Notes under the pieces: generated by a model | What the model was told of the DNA's origin: nothing | Databases searched by the model: none | What the model saw: only the letters and a program-made list of their open reading frames with translations | Assembly: GCA_964479005.1 (NCBI GenBank) | Contig: CAYZJA010000001.1 | Location: forward strand, 160,001-224,000 | DNA length: 64,000 bases | Source: an uncultured Candidatus Saccharibacteria bacterium | Lineage (GTDB): Bacteria > Patescibacteriota > Minisyncoccia > UBA6257 | Direction of reading: 5' to 3' | Made by a program: the position numbers and the translations under genes | In this document: positions 57,122 to 64,000 of the stretch, piece by piece | Position numbering within the stretch: position 1 is the stretch's first letter | How the letters are laid out: every line of letters starts with the position of its first letter

Positions 57122-58303
57122 ATGAGAATAAGTTATTCCAGTTTAGAGAATTTTAAACAGTGTCCTCTAAAATATAAGTTTTCTAATATAGATAAAATAA
57201 AAGAGCCTAAAAGCAAAGAGGCTATTTTTGGCACTTATATTCATAAAGTTCTGAAATGGTTTTATCAAAAAGATCCACACTTCCCTACTCTTGATGCTTT
57301 ATTAAAGTATTATCGTGATTATTGGCCTAGAAAAACAGAAGGATTTGAATGGAAAGATCCTGAAGAAGAAAAATCTTATTTCAAAGAGGGGTTAAGAATA
57401 TTAGAAGAATTTTATAAGAAAAATATTCCACATAAAACATCTATTTTGGATTTAGAAACAAGGTTTGAAGTTGTTATTGATGAAAATCCTAATAAACCAA
57501 ATGGCAAGCATATTTTAACAGGCGTAATAGATAGAATAGATAAATTACCAGATGATACAATTGAAATAATTGATTATAAAACAGGAAAAAGAATGCCTTC
57601 TCAAAAAGCTTTAGATAAAAATGATCAACTTTCTCTTTACGCTATTGGATTAAAAAGCCGTTGGCCAAGAACTAAAATTGAAGATTTACGCCTAAGCTTA
57701 TATTTTCTTAAGTTCAATGAAAGAATAAATACCAAAAGAACAGAAAAAGACTTGGAAGAAGCAAAAGATAAAATAATAAATTTAATTCATCGAATAGAAA
57801 AAAGCGATTTTGAACCTCATTCTTCAGCATTATGTGGTTGGTGCGGTTATCGTAATATTTGTCCAATTTGGCGGCATTTTTATGAAGACGAGGAAAGCAA
57901 TCATTTAAATGATATAGATATTAAAGAAAAAATAGATAAATACTTTGTTTTAAAAAAAGAAAAAGAAAAATTAGAACAAGAATTATTAGAATTAAAGAAT
58001 TTAATTGATGTTTATTGTCATCAAAAAGGATTAAAGCGCGTATTTGGTGAAAATGGTTATTTTAGCCATACTGTTTATAACAAAGTTTCTTATGATATTC
58101 CTAAATTAAAAGAAATTTTAGAGCCATTGGAAAAATGGGAAGATATTATTGAAATTAATGCTAAAAAATTAAAAAAGGTTTTAAAAGAGATACCTGCTGA
58201 TTTGAGGGAAAAAATAAAAGAAACAGAAAAAATAGAAGAAAAATTTAAATACTTATCCACCAACCATATAAGCAAAAAAGAAATCAAAGAGCAACTGCCT
58301 TAG
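57122..58303 (+). CDS. PD-(D/E)XK nuclease of the Cas4/RecB-AddB nuclease-domain type with C-terminal Cys cluster
   Basis: 'IDRIDKL..IEIIDYKTGK' (D..EhhDYK core), 'DQLSLYAI' (QhxxY), and a C-terminal 'CGWCGYRNICPIW' Fe-S-type cysteine cluster plus an N-terminal 'CPLKY' Cys. Confidence 0.6.
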   Translation: MRISYSSLENFKQCPLKYKFSNIDKIKEPKSKEAIFGTYIHKVLKWFYQKDPHFPTLDALLKYYRDYWPRKTEGFEWKDPEEEKSYFKEGLRILEEFYKKNIPHKTSILDLETRFEVVIDENPNKPNGKHILTGVIDRIDKLPDDTIEIIDYKTGKRMPSQKALDKNDQLSLYAIGLKSRWPRTKIEDLRLSLYFLKFNERINTKRTEKDLEEAKDKIINLIHRIEKSDFEPHSSALCGWCGYRNICPIWRHFYEDEESNHLNDIDIKEKIDKYFVLKKEKEKLEQELLELKNLIDVYCHQKGLKRVFGENGYFSHTVYNKVSYDIPKLKEILEPLEKWEDIIEINAKKLKKVLKEIPADLREKIKETEKIEEKFKYLSTNHISKKEIKEQLP

Positions 58304-58668
58304 TTGCATCTAGTATTATAAATATATCCCCTATTTTCAGCTTCTTGTTGGGTTTTAAAATAGATTCGATTTTCTTCTTTTAATGAATTAGACAAACTAC
58401 AATCTACTGGATAATAATATTTTCCTCTGGAACTGGCTACAAATGAAAATTCTTTAGCTGTTATTGTAGTTTTATCTATTATAGGTTCATCAATGCTTGT
58501 TATTAATTCTTTTTCTATAATGATCGGTGGACGGGAGATAATATCAGCTCCAATAATAATACCAAGGGAAAAAGATAAAGTTATACTTAAAAATCCAAGG
58601 CTGAACAGCCAAAAATTCTTTTTGACAAATAGAACAAATTTTGTTAGAATTTTCAAACAGTGGGGCAT
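58300..58668 (-). CDS. membrane-anchored hypothetical protein (122 aa)
   Basis: N-terminal TM 'FWLFSLGFLSITLSFSLGIIIGA'. Confidence 0.45.
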   Translation of the reverse strand: MPHCLKILTKFVLFVKKNFWLFSLGFLSITLSFSLGIIIGADIISRPPIIIEKELITSIDEPIIDKTTITAKEFSFVASSRGKYYYPVDCSLSNSLKEENRIYFKTQQEAENRGYIYNTRCN

Positions 58669-58688
58669 AAAAATTTTAATTTTTAAAT

Positions 58689-58979
58689 ATGGCGCATGTT
58701 AAATCGGGTGGTTCAACAAAATTAGGAAGAGATTCAAGATCTAAAAGATTAGGAGTTAAAAGATTTGATGGTCAGATAGTAAAATCTGGCAATGTTTTAA
58801 TTAGGCAAAGAGGAACTAAGTGGCATCCTGGATTAAACACTAAGTTAGGTTGCGATGATACTATTTACGCTCTTATCAATGGAATAGTAAAATTTTCTAA
58901 TAGAAGAAAAAGAACTTTTACAGGCAAAACAAAAAGAATTAGTTTAGTAAATGTCATTCCTTCTGCTCAGAAACAATAG
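58689..58979 (+). CDS. rpmA: 50S ribosomal protein L27
   Basis: '[29 protein letters not shown]'. Confidence 0.9.
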   Translation: MAHVKSGGSTKLGRDSRSKRLGVKRFDGQIVKSGNVLIRQRGTKWHPGLNTKLGCDDTIYALINGIVKFSNRRKRTFTGKTKRISLVNVIPSAQKQ

Positions 58980-59418
58980 CTTTAATTCTTACCTTCAAGG
59001 AGGTTTCTATTTTAGGATATAGAATTAGACGCACATCATAAAGTCCCTCTTTTTTGAGGGGTTTTTTTAATTCAATTTGGTTTTCTAATAAATGAATGCC
59101 TTGGGATTCTAATTCTTCAATAATTCTTTTGCTATTTACAGAGCTATAAGCTTCTTTTCCTTTTTCAGGGAATTTAAGCGGAATTTCTAAAATAATCTTT
59201 TTAAGACGGGTGGCTAGTTTAAGAGCTTGCTCTTTTTGTTTTTTATCAGTTTTTATCTTCTGTTCTTTTTTTTCTGAAACCTTTTTGATAATATCTGAGT
59301 CAGCTCTTTGGGCAATTTTTTGGGGAAAAAGATAATTTATAGCATAACCATCTGCTACATTTTTAATTTCTCCTTTATTGCCTAAACTTTGGACATCTTT
59401 TAAAAGATAAATTTTCAT
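58954..59418 (-). CDS. rplI: 50S ribosomal protein L9
   Basis: '[36 protein letters not shown]'. Confidence 0.85.
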   Translation of the reverse strand: MKIYLLKDVQSLGNKGEIKNVADGYAINYLFPQKIAQRADSDIIKKVSEKKEQKIKTDKKQKEQALKLATRLKKIILEIPLKFPEKGKEAYSSVNSKRIIEELESQGIHLLENQIELKKPLKKEGLYDVRLILYPKIETSLKVRIKAIVSEQKE

Positions 59419-59426
59419 AGGGATTA

Positions 59427-60686
59427 TTAATTAGTGGTTAGTAATTTTTGTAATTCTGCTATAGCTGTTTGTAATTGTTTGTCTTTTTCTAAATCTATTT
59501 TAGAAAAAGTGCCAAATTCTTCCTCGTTTTTAACTTCAATATCAGGAATAAGGCCATTATCTTCAATAATAGTTTCATTGGGGGTCAGCCATCGTGATAT
59601 AGTGATTTTAACGCTATTATTATCTTTTAAGGAAACTAATTCTTGTACAGATCCTTTGCCAAAGGTTTTCTCCCCAATTAATTTAACTCCCCTATTATCT
59701 CTTAAAGCGCCAGCTAATATTTCTGAAGCTGAAGCTGTGCCTTCGTTTATTAGAATAACTGTAGGAATCTCTTTAAGTAATGCTTGCCCAATTCTTACCC
59801 GAAAAATTTTTATTTCATCATTGCCAAAATCTTCTTTAAGAATAATATCTCCTTTTTCTAAGAACCAACCACTAATATTAACGACTGATTCTAAATATCC
59901 GCCTGGATTATTTCTAAGATCTATAATTAGTCCCTGTGGCCTGGTAAAAGCTATTTCCAAAGCTGTTTTATAGAAATTAAGGGTAAGAGGCTGGTTAAAA
60001 TTATAAATTTTCAGATAAGCAATATTATTATCTATTTTTTCCCATTTTACTGAAGGAATAGAAATCTTTTTTCTAATTAATTCTATCTTCTTTGTTTCAT
60101 CCCAGCTTGATCGATAAATAGTTAATATTACTTTTGTTCCTTCTGGCCCTCGTATTAGTTTAGCAGCTTCAAACGGAGATAAATCAATTGTTTCAGTTTC
60201 ATCTATTTTAATAATTTTATCGTTTGCCCTCAATCCAGCTTTTTCTGCCGGAGTATCTGAAAGAGGCGCTATGACTATCAAAAATCCATCGCGTCTTCCA
60301 ATTTCCATTCCTACACCATAGAATTCTCCGGATAATTCCTGAGAAAGATTCTCTGTTTGCTCAGAATCCAAAAATTCTGAATAAGGGTCTTTTAATGCGT
60401 TTATTATACCTCTGGTAGCGCCTAAGATTATTTTTTGGGCATCTAAATCATTTCTACCAACATATTTTTCTAAAATAACTTTCCATGTATCCCAAAAAAT
60501 ACTCATGTCAGTTTCTGTGATTTCCGCAGGTTTTTCTTTATTGATAATTTTTTCAAAAGGAGAAGGTAAATTAGCTTTCCAACCCCAATTTGCGCCTTGA
60601 GAAAAACCAAAAACCCATGCGCCTGCGAGGCAAATTATAATTAAAATTACTAAACAAGTTTTTCTATAATTGTTATTCTTTTTCAT
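59427..60686 (-). CDS. ctpA: carboxyl-terminal processing protease (S41 family) with PDZ domain
   Basis: PDZ '[34 protein letters not shown]' and S41 motifs '[12 protein letters not shown]' and 'GEKTFGKGS'. Confidence 0.85.
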   Translation of the reverse strand: MKKNNNYRKTCLVILIIICLAGAWVFGFSQGANWGWKANLPSPFEKIINKEKPAEITETDMSIFWDTWKVILEKYVGRNDLDAQKIILGATRGIINALKDPYSEFLDSEQTENLSQELSGEFYGVGMEIGRRDGFLIVIAPLSDTPAEKAGLRANDKIIKIDETETIDLSPFEAAKLIRGPEGTKVILTIYRSSWDETKKIELIRKKISIPSVKWEKIDNNIAYLKIYNFNQPLTLNFYKTALEIAFTRPQGLIIDLRNNPGGYLESVVNISGWFLEKGDIILKEDFGNDEIKIFRVRIGQALLKEIPTVILINEGTASASEILAGALRDNRGVKLIGEKTFGKGSVQELVSLKDNNSVKITISRWLTPNETIIEDNGLIPDIEVKNEEEFGTFSKIDLEKDKQLQTAIAELQKLLTTN

Positions 60687-62073
60687 AACTTTTCAATAAA
60701 TTAATAAATTTAGGGGGCATATTCGCTATTTTCCCTGGACCAGCAAAAAGGAAAACATCACCATCTTTTTGAAATTTGAAAAGATTTTTCAAAAAAGATG
60801 ATTCATTTTTTACAAGATGTAATTTATTTTTACTTAGGGTTTTTGTTTTTAATATCTCTTTATATATTTTTTCGCTGTTAATCCTTTTAATAGGTTTTTC
60901 ATTAGATGAATCTAGTGGTAAAAGAAATAAAATGTCACAATTCTTTATTGCTCGAGCAAAGTCTTTATACAGAAGAAAAATCCGAGAATAACGATGAGGC
61001 TCTAAAATGAATATAATTCTTCTTTTTGGAAAAACAATTCTTGCCATTCTTAAAGTACCTTTTATTTCAGTAGGATGATGCGCATAATCATCAACTATTG
61101 CAATTTCTTTATTATATAGGATGGAAAATCTTCTTTTTATACCAGTAAAGGTTTTTAAATATTGCAAGGCATCTTTTAAAGGAACATTGAGAATTTGTGA
61201 AGCAGAAATAGCGCCTAAAGCATTATAGATATTTTCTTTTCCAGGCAAAGAGAGTTCTAATCTTCCTTGAAATTTATTATTTATGAATAAATCCGAAAAA
61301 GTTTTTATTCCTTTATAATCAATATTTTTGACAAAAAGATCGGCTTTATTGTCTATCCCAAAAGTTAAAGATTTTCTTTTCTTTTGTTTTGCTATTTTTC
61401 TTAAAAAAGAATCATCATTATTTAAAACAATAAATCCAGACTGATTATTTTGAGAAAAATCTTCAAAAGCTTTTTTCAATAAAGAAAATTGTCCTTTGTA
61501 AGGACCATTAATATCTAAATGATCCTTATCAACATTAGTAATTACACAAAGAAAAAACGGAGTTTTTAAAAACGATTTATCGTGCTCATCTGTTTCCAAA
61601 ACAGAATATTCTCCTATCCCCCATTTACTTCCCAATGGATATGTTTTATTTTTAGCCCCTAAATAAACCGTTGGTTTTAATTTTGCTTTTTCTAAAATAT
61701 GGGCAATCATTGCTACAGTAGTACTTTTTCCATGAGTTCCTGCAATGCTAATAATCTTTTTTTCAGTCAGAATATCCATCAGAAAATCAAAACGATTCGA
61801 TAAAGGAACATTCATCTTTTGGGCTGTTTTAAGCTCAATGTTATTGACAGGAATTGCAGAAGAATAAATTACAATTTCTGCTTTTTTTATATTATCAGCC
61901 TTATGACCAATATATATCTTTGCTCCTTTTTTTTCTAAAATTCTTCTTGCTGCAAAATCATTTTTATCAGAGCCTGATAATGAATATCCTTTTTCTAATA
62001 AGAGATTGGCTAAAGCGGTCATTCCTACTCCTCCAATGCCGATTAAATGAATTTGCTTTTTCTTTATAGCCAT
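60673..62073 (-). CDS. murC: UDP-N-acetylmuramate--L-alanine ligase
   Basis: 'IHLIGIGGVGMTALANLLLEKGYSLSGSD' N-terminus and 'IAGTHGKSTT' P-loop. Confidence 0.9.
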   Translation of the reverse strand: MAIKKKQIHLIGIGGVGMTALANLLLEKGYSLSGSDKNDFAARRILEKKGAKIYIGHKADNIKKAEIVIYSSAIPVNNIELKTAQKMNVPLSNRFDFLMDILTEKKIISIAGTHGKSTTVAMIAHILEKAKLKPTVYLGAKNKTYPLGSKWGIGEYSVLETDEHDKSFLKTPFFLCVITNVDKDHLDINGPYKGQFSLLKKAFEDFSQNNQSGFIVLNNDDSFLRKIAKQKKRKSLTFGIDNKADLFVKNIDYKGIKTFSDLFINNKFQGRLELSLPGKENIYNALGAISASQILNVPLKDALQYLKTFTGIKRRFSILYNKEIAIVDDYAHHPTEIKGTLRMARIVFPKRRIIFILEPHRYSRIFLLYKDFARAIKNCDILFLLPLDSSNEKPIKRINSEKIYKEILKTKTLSKNKLHLVKNESSFLKNLFKFQKDGDVFLFAGPGKIANMPPKFINLLKSYEKE

Positions 62074-62114
62074 TTAGTAATTATATAGTTTAAACACTGT
62101 TTTTGTCAATTTTA

Positions 62115-62185
62115 CCCCCACATCATAATGAGCACCGAGTGCTTTGCACTAACTAAACAGAGTATGTGCTCGTTTGGTGTGGGGG
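62115..62185. other. extended imperfect inverted repeat / structured element in the murC-thpR divergent region
   Basis: CCCCCACA..GAGCAC ...(30 nt with nested GCAC/GTGC)... GTGCTC..TGTGGGGG. Confidence 0.3.
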
Positions 62186-62232
62186 TTTAACAGCTGGAAA
62201 TTACAGTAAAAATAAGATAAAATACAAGGTAT

Positions 62233-62790
62233 ATGGGACATCGTATATTTATTGCTTCACATTTACCAAATGATGTTAAGAAAATCTTTTTAGATTATCA
62301 ACAAAAGAAACTCCACAATTTTGGTTTTCGGCTTATACCTGAGCAGGCCTTACATTTAACATTGGTCTTTATTGGATATGTTAGTAATGATAATATATTG
62401 AAAATTAATAAAGCTTGTCAAAATATTGCTTCCTTGTTCTTTCCAATAGAGGTTAAATTAAATAAAATAACTTATGGTCCAAATCCACACTCCCCTCGCC
62501 TAATTTGGGCAGAAGGCGAAATTTCAAAGAATTTAGACAAACTTCATAAAGCATTAGAAAATGAATTAATGGACCAGGGAATAAATTTTAAAATAGAAAA
62601 TCGTTTATTCAAACCCCATGTTACTTTAGCGCGCTTCCAAAATGAAACAAAACCACCACGTCTATCAGAACTGGAAGAAAAAATTAATAAATCTTTTGTA
62701 ATTAATTCCATATCTATTATAGAGAGCGAATTAAGTCGTTCAGGACCACAATATACGGATTTAGCCACATATACATTAAATTTTAAATAA
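62233..62790 (+). CDS. thpR: RNA 2',3'-cyclic phosphodiesterase (2H family, LigT/ThpR)
   Basis: Two H-x-T-x motifs, 'HLTLVFIG' and 'HVTLARF', at 185 aa. Confidence 0.75.
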   Translation: MGHRIFIASHLPNDVKKIFLDYQQKKLHNFGFRLIPEQALHLTLVFIGYVSNDNILKINKACQNIASLFFPIEVKLNKITYGPNPHSPRLIWAEGEISKNLDKLHKALENELMDQGINFKIENRLFKPHVTLARFQNETKPPRLSELEEKINKSFVINSISIIESELSRSGPQYTDLATYTLNFK

Positions 62791-63626
62791 TGTTTATTAT
62801 TAACGTAATTCCATTGACTAATATTCCAAGGCCTCAACCACAAATTTTTTCTTATTTTTATAAGTCGGATTTAATAAAAGGATCTATTGTTGAAATACCT
62901 TTAAGACGCAGGAATGTAATGGCAATAGTGTTGAATTCAGCGTCTGTGTCTTCAAAAAAAGCAACCTTAAAAAAGGCTGATTTTGTTTTAAAACCAATAA
63001 ATAAAGTTATCTCTTCAAGGCAGATAGTTCCACCATTATTTTTTTCTTTAGCAGATTTTATCTCTCGTTATTATTTTTATCCAATTTCGTTGTGTTTGAA
63101 AATTATTTTACCACGTCGCATGAAATCTTTAATAAATTATGTAGAAAAACTAGAAAAAGATTTTCCAAAATATTTTGATCCATCAGTTTCAAAGACAAAA
63201 AAAGATAAAATAGAAAAAATAGGTTCCTACAATTTTTCTGATGTTATTAAAAAAATAAAGGCAAATCTTAAAAACAAAAAACAGGTGTTAATTCTCGTTC
63301 CAACTATTTTCTATCAAAATTATTATTTTACTAAATTATCATCTAAAATCTCTATACCAATTTTTATTTCCTCAAATGATTTAAAAATTAAAGAATTTAA
63401 TTCTTTATGGACAAAAATTAATTCTCAGGAAGCGCAATTAATTATAGGACGGCGTTCTTCTCTGTTTCTGCCATGGCAAAATTTAGGACTTATAATTGTA
63501 GTGGATGGAAGCAATAATTCTTATAAATCGTGGAATCAAAAACCTTATTATAACGCCGCTTTTCTTATTAACTATTTAGCTTTGTATTATAATACTTCAA
63601 TTATTTACTATAATGCCTGTTATTAA
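62790..63626 (+). CDS. priA: primosomal protein N' (PriA), N-terminal portion; Walker A/DExH degenerate
   Basis: 3'-DNA-binding-like N-terminus 'GSIVEIPLRRRNVMAIVL' and motif Ia-like 'QVLILVPTIFYQ'. Walker A and DExH positions read 'GSYNFS' and 'VDGS'. Ends 'NACY*'. Confidence 0.55.
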   Translation: MFIINVIPLTNIPRPQPQIFSYFYKSDLIKGSIVEIPLRRRNVMAIVLNSASVSSKKATLKKADFVLKPINKVISSRQIVPPLFFSLADFISRYYFYPISLCLKIILPRRMKSLINYVEKLEKDFPKYFDPSVSKTKKDKIEKIGSYNFSDVIKKIKANLKNKKQVLILVPTIFYQNYYFTKLSSKISIPIFISSNDLKIKEFNSLWTKINSQEAQLIIGRRSSLFLPWQNLGLIIVVDGSNNSYKSWNQKPYYNAAFLINYLALYYNTSIIYYNACY

Positions 63627-64000
63627 AATTATTGATCTAAAAAAGGTTAGAAAAGAGAAAAAACTATTTCAGGCTATTTCTCCTGATGCTTTTATTGAAA
63701 TTCAAAAAGCCCTAAAAAAAAGAAAAAGGATTATTATTTTTATTAACAGAAGGGGGTTAGCAACAAGCATTATATGCCAGGAATGTGGTTTTGTATTTAA
63801 ATGCCCAAATTGTGATATCCCCTTGGGGTTTCATAATAAATCTAAGCTTATTTGTCATCATTGTAATTATAATGTTTCTATACCACCAGTTTGTCCTTCT
63901 TGCAGGGGCTATAAGCTTAAAGCTTTGGGAATTGGTATTGAGAGAATTGCTGAAGAAATTAAAAAATTTATTATTCCAACGCCTATTTTTATGTTAATCG
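63613..64000 (+). CDS. priA: PriA C-terminal portion (helicase C lobe with Cys-rich zinc-binding insert), other frame, runs off the window end
   Basis: Manual translation 'MPVIKIIDLKK...IIIFINRRGLATSIICQECGFVFKCPNCDIPLGFHNKSKLICHHCNYNVSIPPVCPSCRGY' shows the PriA FLNRRG and CxxC..CxxC..CxxC..CxxC pattern. Confidence 0.6.
   Translation, partial: MPVIKIIDLKKVRKEKKLFQAISPDAFIEIQKALKKRKRIIIFINRRGLATSIICQECGFVFKCPNCDIPLGFHNKSKLICHHCNYNVSIPPVCPSCRGYKLKALGIGIERIAEEIKKFIIPTPIFMLI

Noticed and set aside
58493-58702. ORF 58493..58702 + upstream of rpmA, a possible rplU.
   Set aside because: The translation has no L21 similarity. It is antisense to the better-supported minus-strand membrane ORF 58300..58668.
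59434-59973. ORF 59434..59973 + (179 aa).
   Set aside because: It is antisense to the well-supported S41 protease gene.
63785-63997. ORF 63785..63997 + (70 aa).
   Set aside because: It is an alternative frame of the PriA C-terminal region. The PriA frame (from 63613) carries the recognisable FINRRG and 4xCxxC motifs.

Overview
This 64-kb window is low-GC, gene-dense bacterial chromosome. It has a reduced-genome, Candidate Phyla Radiation-like flavour, but that is inference. The evidence is: almost no Shine-Dalgarno (SD) motifs on core genes; Lys-rich N-terminal tails on RpoD and S9; a short AlaRS lacking the C-terminal domain; and dockerin/cohesin-like surface proteins.

Core genes I recognise by their motifs: eno, a D-2-hydroxyacid dehydrogenase, a HIT protein, glmS, efp, an MgtC-family protein, tRNA-Lys(UUU), secD, secF, ddl, dgkA, dnaG-rpoD, a MurE-like ligase, alaS, infA-rpmJ-rpsM-rpsK-rpsD-rpoA-rplQ, rplM-rpsI, a MacAB-like efflux trio, ftsW, murG, gltX, a Xer-type tyrosine recombinase, rpmA, rplI, a Ctp S41 protease, murC, thpR and a split priA.

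Accessory and unusual content:
- A cell-surface cluster (7.6-17.9 kb): a 1.2-kDa-class secreted protein with three tandem ~125-aa repeats, a Cys-rich module and a C-terminal LamG-like domain; a (GA)24 microsatellite; a paralogous Cys-rich secreted protein; and a dockerin-bearing protein followed by two cohesin-like anchored proteins.
- A three-gene operon (20.3-24.2 kb): a protein with sigma-70 region-4-like and HARE-HTH-like domains, a membrane protein, and a TraD/VirD4-like P-loop ATPase with a C-terminal zinc ribbon.
- A roughly 7-kb foreign, phage-like island (~38.7-45.85 kb) recognisable by consensus GGAGGTG Shine-Dalgarno sites and higher GC. It encodes a Myb/wHTH-metallophosphoesterase fusion, an NT5C-like nucleotidase, a secreted S1 protease flanked by two tiny membrane proteins, an HNH endonuclease and paralogous Cys-rich mini-proteins.
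- A T8-tract frameshift in a DUF502-like membrane gene (as I recall that family).
- A dif-like 28-bp site directly upstream of the lone Xer recombinase, followed by a small-gene module with a sigma-70 promoter and palindromic operator, divergent from a Cas4-like PD-(D/E)XK nuclease.
- A priA whose Walker A and DExH motifs look degenerate and which is split between two frames.
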